In this document: in pieces, positions 21,815 to 32,451 of the stretch
Position numbering within the stretch: the stretch's first letter is position 1
How the letters are laid out: each line of letters starts with the position of its first letter
Source: Chiloscyllium plagiosum
Lineage: Eukaryota
Assembly: GCF_004010195.1 (NCBI RefSeq)
Contig: NW_025215272.1
Coordinates: forward strand, 48,497-80,947
Reading direction: 5' to 3'
DNA length: 32,451 nt
The notes under the pieces: generated by a model
Databases searched by the model: none
The model's input: only the letters and a program-made list of their open reading frames with translations
What the model was told of the DNA's origin: nothing
Position numbers and translations under genes: made by a program

Positions 21815-21858
21815 ATTTATACAGCCAGGGGAGTGGGCATTCAGAATAGATTTATTGG
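21815..21858 (-). promoter_or_regulatory. TATA box (TATAAAT, 21815-21821) and CCAAT (21854-21858)
   Basis: Canonical motifs in the expected order and spacing upstream of the putative exon 1. Confidence 0.55.
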
Positions 21859-22544
21859 TTGGTGAGTGTCAGCAATGATGAGAGGTTCGATAAACCGAGG
21901 TTGTTTTCTCTAGAATAGAGAAAGTGGAGGGGTAATTGTGATATAAACCAGACCTGACCCTTCAGAATATTTTCAGAAAGTCGCCTAAACCCGAACGTTG
22001 GTACTATTTTAAAGGGAATTGTAAGTTCCGTGCCCCAGATGCAGTGTGACGAGTCAATATACACGACGTGAAACAAAATACAATTTTTCAATGCTATAGT
22101 TAAAGTTTAACCAAAGACAGAAAATATAGAAAAGCACAACTATTGGAAAGAATGACAGCAATTCCAATTCTAAGCATTGCAACATTTATTTAAACACCCG
22201 TCCAAATCAACCATGTTCTTTACGGAAGGAATTCTCCTGTCCTGACCGAGTGAGGAACCACCTCACGACAGAGCCGCATTGATACGGTTAACTCTCCAGA
22301 CAGCGATGGAGAGGCACTAAGTCGCTCCCCGAGACAGCAAGGCTCACAGGCCATAAAAAGTTTGGTTTTTAAAATATATTTCTGAACTTTTCATCTGATC
22401 TGCATCAGGTTATGTTGGACTGTGCTTTCTGCTTGTCAAATATTTACCTCAGTCACGGAACAGATTGCCATTCTGCTTGTCTGCTTGGAACGAAGTTATC
22501 GAGATGTTCACGGATGAGTCACTTTACTGTCGGTTCACATTTAA

Positions 22545-22900
22545 CTATAGAAACTATGCGTCGGAGGAGGCCATTCCGTTCTTAGACCCTCTGCATCATT
22601 CAATGTGATCATGGCTGATCGTGCAATTAAGTCCCCTTGCTTTTATCCCATAATCTTTGATCCATTTAGCTCCAAGAACCATATTTAACTTCTTCTCAAA
22701 AACATTCCAAGTTTTGGTCTCGAGCATTTTCAGTGGCAGAAAATTCCACAGGCTTCTCACTCGCTAGGTTAAATGAAACTTCCTCGGCCTTAGTGCTAAA
22801 TGGCCTATCCTATACCTCTTAGCTTGTCGGTTCTGGACTCCTCTGGTTACGGACATGATCATTTCTGAATTTCGCCTGTCCAGTCTTGCTGGATTGTACA
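22545..22900 (-). mobile_element. CR1 3' end fragment
   Basis: ggaggccattc...cattcaatgtgatcatggctgatc...ggcagaaaattccacagg typical of the CR1 3' end. Confidence 0.7.
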
Positions 22901-23139
22901 GATTCAGGCGATTGAGCCACTGGAGGCCGTTCAACTATTCAATGAGATCATGACTGATCTGTGGGAAGTTATATGAGAATGCCCCCGACCGGCCTCATTC
23001 TTCTGAACTCCAATGATCAACGTCGAAAACGAACACATACGTATTTATTCATCACTTCCACCATTCAAGTCTGGTGAATCCTTGATGCACTGGTTCCGTG
23101 AACATACTTCCTCAGATAAGGAGATTATTACACAATATT

Positions 23140-23210
23140 TTATTGTATTATATCATATTACATTACATTATATTACATTATATTATATTTTACATTATAT
23201 TACATTTATC
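23140..23210. repeat. (ATTAC/ATTAT)n pentanucleotide repeat
   Basis: Directly visible. Confidence 0.9.
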
Positions 23211-23261
23211 ACGTCAGGCTCAGGAAGCTTGACCTTATCTCAAATTCTTTCATTGGACTGA

Positions 23262-23790
23262 ATGGTGGCTCAATCATGAGCACTACTGTCACTGCACACC
23301 AGGCAGTCAGGTTTGACTCCATGCTCCGGAGGTTGTCTGTGTGGTGTATGCACATTCTCCTAATATCTGCGAATTCTCCATCTGCCACAATGGAGTTCCA
23401 ACCCGCTTTCACATGTGGTTGTCGCTTGCAGTCTTGATTGAATATCTTTAAACGTTTTGTTTGTACCCAAAAGGACATCCCCAGTGTTATTAATTACAGG
23501 AAAGATTATAAATCCATTACTCACCTATGGTGATGGATAAATACACAGATTGTGGAGGGAAGGGAATTCTCTTCCGAGTGCTTGGCTGTTCCGCACACAG
23601 TCCAACGATGTGCAAGTTTGGTGGATTGTTCAAGATAAATTGCCCTTAGTATGTAGGAAGGTGCAGATTGTGTGGATGCACCATGGGAAGTGCCAGGCTA
23701 CAGGGAAAGAGTGGTGATTTACTCTAGGTGGCAGGGTTAGTGTGGATTTGATGAACCAAATGGCCGCCTTCCTCCTGCTCTTCCTTCCAT
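23262..23790 (+). mobile_element. Old HE1/V-SINE split by a ~200-bp insertion
   Basis: Head (ggtggctcaa...tgcacattctcc) about 23262-23370; remainder (cacacagtccaacgatgtgca...aaattgcccttagt) from about 23570. Confidence 0.55.
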
Positions 23791-23869
23791 GTTTCTACGT
23801 TTGTACGTTTAAATATGGGTTCCATTCAAATCTTCTGTCTCCACACGAGACTCGACGCGCCGCAACGCA

Positions 23870-25875
23870 GTTACCACTGACCAATCTGTCTCGACAAGTG
23901 ATGCGAGGTCTACAGCATTGCGCTCATGATTGACCTACTCCGTTTCAACATGTAATTTCAAACCCACAGTACTGTCATTCAAATTGACCTGCTCTTGCCC
24001 TAAATGAGTCTCTGATCCCTCAACACTATGGTGATCAAAAACCTGTCCTGACTCTACAGGTGACTTCATAAACACAGCAGTTTGGGTATCACGAACCTTC
24101 TCTATCCTCTCACGTGATTCCATTCACTGCAATGTGATAACCTCTAATACATCATGGACCGACATGCGGCTCCAGACTCACTGACGATTTCTGTCTTGAT
24201 GTGTAACTTCTGATGTGATCTCTTTCTACATTTGACACCAGACCCACAACACCCTTGCTCCCTCTAGTCTGTTCTGTTTCTGCATGTTAATCATGGTGAA
24301 CAACATATTGGTTGCGACCTATCTGATCTGTGCCAGCATTTGTGTCCAGACCCACAGCACTGTTTTAGCTGTGATGTGTTCATTCTTGTATTCTAACTCC
24401 TGGCCAACAGCAGTGGTTATCACTGACCTGTGGTTTCTCAGCACATGACTGCAGACCAACAACGCTGTAGTTGCAACTGTCCTGCTCTGTCGTTAAATGT
24501 AAATCCAGTTCCAGAGAACTGTGGTTATTGCTGGCCTGATCAGTGTCTACGTATGATGCCAGACATTTGGTTATGTGGCAATCATTGACCTATACGTTGC
24601 CGCACATGACATCATACTCACAGCAATTTGGATCCATTGATCTGGTCTGAGTTTACAATTGAATCCAGACCAACAGCACTGTGATCGATATTGACCTGTT
24701 CTCGACCAAATGTGATTCCACATCTTCAGCACGACTTTTATTACTAACCTGCCCTGTCTCTCCATTTGTCTGCAGATCCACAGTACTTTTGGTTATAACT
24801 GACCGCTTGGTCTCTGCATGTGACTGAAGAACATCAGCACTGTGTTTCAAATTGACCTGTTCCAGAACCTATATGTGACCCGCAGATATTCCGTACTGTG
24901 GCTACATGGACCTGCTCAGTTTCGACATGAAAATCGGAGCCCAAAGCACTCACGGTATCTCTGACCTGTTCTGGATCTACATGCGACTGCAGATCTTCAG
25001 CGCTGTAGTTATCACTAATCTGCACTTTTCTATAAGTGAATACAGCACCACAGAACTATAGTGACCACTGACAACTGCACGTGACACCAGATCAACAGCA
25101 TTGCATCTGCGACTCAACCGATCATTGCCTACAAGTGATGCCAGTCTCACAGAACTACAAATGCATTTTTTTTTCTTTCTACAGTTTGTTCCAGCCACAA
25201 CTTTGATTTAGTCGTTGACCTGCTCTACCCACTTGTGATTCTAGGCCAACAGTGTTGTAGATACCATTGCTGTGCTATGTTTTCACATATGATTGTGCAC
25301 CCACAGCACTGTGTTTGCTTCTGACCAGCTCTGTCTCTGCATGTGACACGATACGAACAATACTGTGGTTATCACTGACCTGCTGTGCCTCTGCATATGA
25401 GTCCAGACCAACATCACTTTGGTTACCATTGACTTGGTCTGCGTCTATATGTGAATGAAGAACAAAGCTGCGGTTGCCACTGACATGCTCCATTTCGACG
25501 TCGGTGCATGTGAGGTCTGGCCAACTGCACTGTCGTAAGCATGATCTGAACAGTCTCTACATGTGACTCCAGACCAATACCACAATGGTTGTCACACACC
25601 TGCTGTGTCTGCACATGTGATCCCCAGGTCAACAATACTATGGTCACCACTGACCTGCTTTATCGCCAGATGTGACTTCGAAACCACAGAACACTGCGAT
25701 TACTACTGACTATCTTTACATCTTCCTATGACTCCAGATGCACTGCACTTTAGTTATCACTGACCTGATGCATCTCAATATATAATACAGTTCCGAATCC
25801 CTCTGATTTTCAATAATCTCTTCCAGGTCTCGTGAGTTCTCGTGACCCCAGACTCAGCGTTGTGATTACTACTCA
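23870..25875. repeat. ~54-bp degenerate tandem array, main block (about 35-37 units)
   Basis: atgtga anchor at 25341, 25395, 25449, 25508, 25561, 25615, 25670; consensus approx. CACTGACCTGCTCTGTCTCTGCATGTGACTCCAGACCAACAGCACTGTGGTTAT. Confidence 0.9.
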
Positions 25876-25879
25876 TCAA

Positions 25880-28800
25880 AGAACAAATAAGTAAGAACTA
25901 AGAAAATTACAGCATTGGAACAGGCCCTTTGGCTCTCCAGGCCTCCGCAAATCCAGATCGTCTATCTAAACACGTCACATATTTTCTTAAGGCCTGTACC
26001 CCTCTGCTCTCTGCCCATTCACATATCTGTCTAGAAACATGTTAAATGACTCCAACTTGGCGACCTCTCCTACCTCCACTGGCAACGCGTTCTAGGAACT
26101 CATAATCCTCTGCACAAAGAATATGCCTTAAATTTTTCCCTGCTCTCCTTCAACTCGTTACCTGTAGTAATTGAAAAGGCTTTTGGCTGTCCGCCTTGTA
26201 TATACCTCTCATGATTTTGTAGGCCTCACTCATATCCACCCTCAGCCTGCTTCTTTCTAATGAAAATAATCCTCATCTGCTCATCCTCTCTGTCTTGGGG
26301 CGGTTCATAGCAGGCAATATCCTGATGAGCCCCCTCTGAACCCACTCCATCTACATTTTTTTGATAATATGGCATTCAGAACTGTACGCAGTATTCCAAA
26401 TGAGCCCAAACCAAAGTCCTATATATCTGTAACATGAGCTGAAAACTCTTGTACTCAAACCCCCGTCCAATGAAGGAAAGCATGACTTTGGCATTCTTGG
26501 CCATTCTGTCGACCTGCGTAACCATTTTCAGGTAACAATGTACCTGAACACCCAGACCTGTCTGCGTATCAACTTTACCAAGGGCTTTTCCATTTACGTA
26601 CAGTTCATTCTTGAATTAGATTTTCGAAAATGCATCACTCTGCATTTTCATGGATTGAACACCACCGCTGATTTCCATACCCAACTCTCCAGTCTATCAT
26701 CATTCCGGTGCATTCTCTGACAGACACATCCATGATTTGCGACTCCACCAATCTTCGTACCATCTGCCAACTTGCTAATCAGACCACATATGACTTATTC
26801 CATATCAATATTATTAACATCAATGCGCCCAACATTGATCTCTGTGAAATACCAGTGGTCACATTTCTTCATTTGGAGAAACTCCCTTCCACTAATAATC
26901 TCTGTCTTCTGCTGCCAAACATGTTCTCTTTCGATCTCGCTAGGACACCCTGGACCAATGCAACTTCACTTTCTCCATCAGTCCACCATTTGGAGCTGTA
27001 TACGATGTCTCACTGCGATCCATATCTACAGCTCTTCCCACATCAATCAACTTTGTCAATTCATCAATAAATTCGATTACGTTGGTAAGACACGACTTTC
27101 CCTGCAGAAATCAATGTTGCCAACCGCTGTTAAGCCAATTTCCTTCCAAATATGAATAAATCCAACCCCTCCAAATTTTCTCTCGCAGCATCCCTACCAC
27201 TGACGTCAGACTCACTGGTCTAGAATAACTTGAACCATCCCTGCTACCCTTCTTACCGAGCGAACCACAGTCGCAATATTCCAGGCCTCCGCATTCAAAC
27301 ATACAGAACATGTAGAGTATAGAACATTACAGGGCAGGACAGGCCCTGCGGCACTCGATATTGCGCCGACCTGTGAAACAAATCAGGAGCCCATCTCAAA
27401 TGTACTAACCCATTTTCGCCCATATGTCTATCTAATGACCATTGAAATGCCCTTCAAATTGACGAACCTACAAGTGTTGCAGGCAGTATGTTCCACGAAC
27501 CTAGTAGTCTGAGTAAAGAAACTACCCTGACATCTGTCCTATATCTATCATCCCTCAATTGAAAATAATGTCTCCTCATACTATCCATCAGCTTCCAAGG
27601 AAAAAGACTCTCACTGTTCACCCAATCGAACCCATGATTATCTTCCCTGTCTCCAGTAAGTCACTTCTCAACCTTCTTCTCTCTAACGTAAATAGCCTCA
27701 AGTCCCTGAGCCGTTCCTCATAAGACCTTCTCTCCATACCAGCCAACATCCCAGTAAACCTTCTCTGAACCCTTTACAAAGCTTCCACATTCTTCCTGTA
27801 GTCCAGTACCCAGGATTCTACTCAATACTACAAGTGTAGCTGCACTACAAATTATCACAGCTTCCGCATGACCTCGTGGTCCGGAAACTCAAGCCCTCTA
27901 CTAAAACGCTAGCACAAAGTATGTCTTCATAACAACCCTATCAAACTCTTTGGTTCAGACCTCAGTTATTTCCTCTCTTGCTTCCCTCAGTATCCTGGGA
28001 TAGATCCCAAACAAACGTGCGGACCTTTCCTCACCTTAATGCCTTTTAGAATACCCAACACTTCCTCCCTCCGTATACCTACGTGACCTACAGTGATCAA
28101 TTATCTATCATTAACATGATATATCCAACATGTCTCTCTCCTCGATGAATACTGATGCAAATTACTCATTAAAAATCTCGCCCATTTTCTCTGACTCCAA
28201 GAATAACGTTCCTCATTTGCCCTTGCGTGTTCCAACCTTTTCTTTATGTGCCATAATGCTCCCTAATAAAATGTTGTGGAATTTTCCTTAACCCCGATTG
28301 CTAACGATATTGTATGACTACTTATTGCCCTCTTAGTTCCTTGTTTCAGATTGTTCCTACTTATCTGTTATTCTTCCAAAACCCACCTGTTTTCAGTCGC
28401 CAAAAAATTATGTATGTTTCCTATTCTCCTGAGCTAGTCTCACAACTTCACCTCAAATCCATTGTTTCGTAATCTTGCCATTTCTCCTCCTAATTTTCAT
28501 AATGTCCTGCACTCTAATCAACCTCTCTTTAAAAGCCTCCCACATAACAAATGCGGATGCACTTTCAAACAGCTGCTCCCAATTCACATTTCCCAGCTCC
28601 TGCCGAATGTTGCTATAGTTGTCTATTCAACAATTTCGCACTCTTCCTTCCGTACTACTTTCACTTTTGTTCATGAGTATTCTGAATCTTACGGACTTGT
28701 GATCATTATTCCCAAACTAATCCAGAACGGAAATTTTAACCAAATGGCCGTGGTCACTCCCTAACATCATGTCCAGCATGGCTCCTTTCTACTTACATAA

Positions 28801-29590
28801 TGCTCTATAAAACTCTCCTGGATGCTCCTTAGAAACTATCAGCTACCTGTTCCTCTCACACTTAGTGAATCCTAGTCAATGTTGGAAAATTAAAATGTCT
28901 ATATCACCACCTCCCTAATGCTCCTATACCTTTCCATCATCTGTTAAAATATTGGTATTTCTATCTCACGCTCGCTCTTCGGATGCCTGTCGTATAGCCC
29001 CAACAATGTAACCACACCCGTCCTATTTCTGAGCTCTGTCCATATTGCCTGAATGCTGAGTCCTCTATTTTGCGCTCTTTCAGCACAGCTGTGATAGTTT
29101 ATCTGACTATAATGCAAGTCCTCCACCCCTTTTACGTCCCTCAAAATTCCCGCCTGAATTATCTAAAGCCTGGGAATGCTATTTGCCTTTCACGATCTTC
29201 CCTTAAGCAAGTCTGTGTAATAGCAATAACCCAACACAGCCAGGTACTAATACAAACCTTTTGTCTATCTGGCTTACTTTCTACGCATCTTGCATTAAAA
29301 CAAATGCACATAAAATCACCTGTCCCTTTGTGTTCGTCATCTATTCCCTGCCTAAATTATCCCTCAGTCAGGCAGATTTCATTATCCAGTTCTTTCCAGG
29401 GTTTAGTTTAAGGAAGGATAACTTTATTTCTGTCCACTAATCTACTCATTTAGTTCCGATTTACCTGCCACATTAGTTTAAACTCTCCCTAACAGCGTTA
29501 GCAAAATACCCGCGACGTCATTGGTTCCAATCCGGCTGAAGTGTAGACCGTGCACTTTGGAATAGACTCACCTCCCCAGAACGTGTCCCA
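25880..29590 (-). mobile_element. Long decayed CR1 LINE (endonuclease to 3' UTR) inserted into the 54-bp array
   Basis: 3' tail aaagaac...tacagcattggaacaggcccttt; SYSRPVSLTSVVGMLREKI; AIWTELRNRTGVVTLLGLY. Confidence 0.85.
27300..27945 (-). mobile_element. Second CR1 3' fragment nested in the longer CR1
   Basis: A new 3' tail (agaacattacagggcaggacaggccctgcggc) interrupts the RT-upstream region of the host element. Confidence 0.7.
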
Positions 29591-29812
29591 ATGACTGACT
29601 CTGTCTCTGCATATCACTTCATGCTGAAAGCACGATCGTTAATATTGAACTGCGTATTGTCACATGTGACTCCAGAGCCAGAGCATTGTGGATAACACTG
29701 ACTTACTCTGTAGACAAATGTGATCCTAGACGCACAGAAATGTTCTTGTTCTTGACATGGTGTGCTCCTATTTGGGACACCAGACCAACTTCACAGTGGT
29801 TACCAATGATAT
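29590..29812. repeat. ~54-bp tandem array, block 3 (about 4 units)
   Basis: cacatgtgactccagagccagagcattgtggataacactgac and related units. Confidence 0.75.
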
Positions 29813-29819
29813 GCGAATG

Positions 29820-30630
29820 TCATGTTGTCCTTTGCTTCAAATGGGATGAAGTACCAGCCTTGACACCCATCTCTGGCACGATGTTCCATATTTCTGCCAT
29901 GCGTTTGAGTGAAAGAAAATATCATTCACTTCTAAAACAATTATTCCTGGGAGGAAACTGTTACACTCTGGTCGGAGACACACCAGTAATGGGGAAATGA
30001 TTCATATAATCTGATTTGTCAATAACTCCCAAGATTTTGCATACTTCAATCAGTGCCGCCCCCCACTCCCCAGCGACATCTGCGCGTATCAGAACAACAC
30101 AACCTGTCCATTCATTCATTATAACTAAGACATTTCATCGCCAGCAACATCCTGGTCAATCGTAACACCGTCGCCTATGTACTCTCGCCCTTCTGATAGG
30201 TGGCAGAAAAACTGCACGTCGTATTCCATGTGTGGCTGAACCAATTCTTTAGTAACAAGGCTTTCTTGCTCCAAACATCTAATGCCTAATGATGGCAAAC
30301 ATCCCGTATGTATTCTTCACCACTCCTTATTACTGTGCTGACATCTTCAAGGATTTATTAACTTGTACACCAACATCCCTTTGTTGCTCAGTGCTCCCTG
30401 TGGAACTAGCATTCATTGGGTAGATATTTCCCTTTTCTGACCTCGCCAAATGCTTACCACTCTTAGCAGAATTAAATTATACCTGCACAGTTGAGCAGCT
30501 GATCAATAACAGAAAGCAACCTGAGACAATCCTCCTCACTATCATCAACACAAACAAGTTTCGAGTTTGCTGCAAACCTCCTAATTATCCCTTTAACATT
30601 CTTATTTACGTTGTGAATGTATTGTCCATA
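29820..30630 (-). mobile_element. Decayed CR1 3' fragment
   Basis: KGIIRRFAANSKLVCVDDSEEDCLRLLSVIDQL (degenerate FADDTK region). Confidence 0.7.
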
Positions 30631-30919
30631 ATAAAGAAATACATCTTCGTTATTTGAAAGTAAATAGATAGAACTGAGATGAAGAAACATCACGTTTCTT
30701 TCAAGGTTTGTGAATCTTTGGAATTCCCTTCCCCAAAAGCCAATGGATTCAGAGAGGTTTTCCCCAAAAGCCAAAGGTAGATTCAGAGAGGTTTTTGATG
30801 ACCAAGGGAAGGGAAGATGATCAAGGACTACGAAAGAATGCAGAATTATGAATACATTTGGAACAACCATAACGTAACTGAATAAAGACTGAAAGAACTG
30901 TGCATCCTAAAAATTAGAA

Positions 30920-31130
30920 CATAACATAAATTTCTGGAAAAGCTCCGCGTGTCTGGCAGCTTCCGTGAAGAGAAATCAAAATTAATGATTTGTGTCGAGT
31001 CACCCTTAATTAGAACTCAGGTTTACTTGCCCAGATCTGATGGAGGGTGACTTGATCTCAAACGTTAACTCTGACATCTCTCTGCTATGCTGCCAGACCT
31101 GCTGAAATTTGTCAGGAATTTCTGTTGTTA
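30920..31130. mobile_element. Palindromic Penelope-derived short element
   Basis: Imperfect inverted arms (gtctggcagc / gctgccagac; agtcaccct / agggtgact) with degenerate ctgatgg...aaacgtta. Confidence 0.65.
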
Positions 31131-31627
31131 ATAATGGTATTGTTTTTGTTGGCTAGTAAACGTGAGGGGCTGAATACACTTGTTCTTATTGCATTTATTT
31201 GGATGTCTTCACTGAGAATGTCTGGCAGACTATCCTTCGGATAACTGCTGATCGAATATCGAACGTTCTTTGTGTGTGTTCTGCCCACTCAATGGTTTGT
31301 TCATCTCCTGATGCAAGCCAACGTTGGTCGAATGTTCACTCCGTGATTCCACAATGTGCATAACAATTGATACGAATGATGGTCACTTGATAAACGGCCA
31401 GCATGCAGGATAAATTTTGTCTCCTGCTCTGTACAATGTCGCTCACAATTTCCTTTCCAATCATTGATCTCAGAACGCGAGACATTGGAGATTCTCTGCG
31501 TGATGCAACTGTGCAATGCCTTACTTCCCTCTGCGTGGAATACCACGTCCTCCACCTCTCTCCCAACGGAAGGATGCAGAATGGCCCAGTGACTTTGCCT
31601 GCGGGCTGTGATGTGGGTGTTATCGAA

Positions 31628-32451
31628 CATAGAAACATAGAATCAGAGTATGTAGGAGACGCACTTCAGCCTATCGAGTCCATATTGTAAAATATTACGT
31701 GAAATCTATAGCTGCCTACATTTTAAACAATGAAGCATGGCCTTCAATATTTGAACACTTCAGGTGGCTCAGAAAAGCGCGTTTGAAAAGATGCACGTTT
31801 CCCACATTAGCTACACTCCCAGAAAGTTAATCCCAGATCCCACCACCCTCAGGTTGAATATGTTTCCCCTCAACTCTCCACCAAACCTTTTGCCTTTCAA
31901 TTTCAGATTATGCCCACTTGCTAATAACATTCTGACTGAATAGTGCAGCTGCTATCAGTTTACTTCATCTGTCGTCCTCATCGTATGACACATCTCAAGC
32001 GCATCTCCTGGCGACCTTCTCTGCTGAAAAGAAAACAAGCCGAACATACCTTGCTTATCTTCGCAGCTAAACTGCTCTGTTAGATATAACACTGGACAGC
32101 ACAGGAAGGGGTTTTTCGGCCCACCATGAAAACTATTTTAAACGAATGCGACCTGCCTGCGCATCGTGTGTATCCGTCCATACTCTAGCCGTACAACTGT
32201 GAATCTAAATTCATTTTAAGCTTTGCTATCATATCCACTACCATCTCCCTGGCACTGTATTCCTGACACCAACTACCCCCGCGATAAAAATACTTTCGTC
32301 AAACATCTCCATAAAATTTATTCCCCTCACCTTAAATCTCAGTCCACTGGTATTTGACAGTTCAGCTCGGGAAAGAAAAAAGTCTCCGCCTGGCTAATCC
32401 TTCATAATTTTCTGTACATTGATGAGGACGCCCCTCTTCCTCCCACACTCC
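31628..32451 (-). mobile_element. Two tandem decayed CR1 3' ends
   Basis: catagaaacatagaa tail at about 31628 and a second start acagcacaggaaggggtttttcggccca at about 32095. Confidence 0.7.

Noticed and set aside
23870..25875. CRISPR-like periodicity
   Set aside because: Eukaryotic context; whole units are homologous and degenerate, with no constant repeat plus unique spacer and no cas genes.

Overview
Eukaryotic, repeat-rich vertebrate DNA. The repeat set (HE1/V-SINE, CR1 LINEs, Rex1/Babar, Penelope-like elements) points to a shark, possibly a bamboo shark (inference). Almost all ORFs in the supplied track are artefacts of simple repeats or decayed retroelements. Reading splice signals by hand gives three gene candidates that the track misses. 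(1) A complete 3-exon minus-strand gene (TATA 21815-21821, coding exons 21482-21572 and 19991-20103, AATAAA 19843-19848) for a 67-aa secreted, Arg-rich, 4-Cys peptide with partial beta-defensin-like spacing. (2) A likely paralogous minus-strand signal-peptide exon with TATA box and a premature stop (1841-1936). (3) Three phase-compatible plus-strand exons (12692-13514) encoding a SEA-like domain. Also present: Penelope terminal repeats carrying minimal hammerhead ribozyme motifs, a 153-bp-arm inverted-repeat Penelope insertion with a 16-bp target-site duplication, and a degenerate ~54-bp tandem array in three blocks that appears to derive from a SINE internal segment. All calls are from manual reading; no searches were run and repeat boundaries are approximate.
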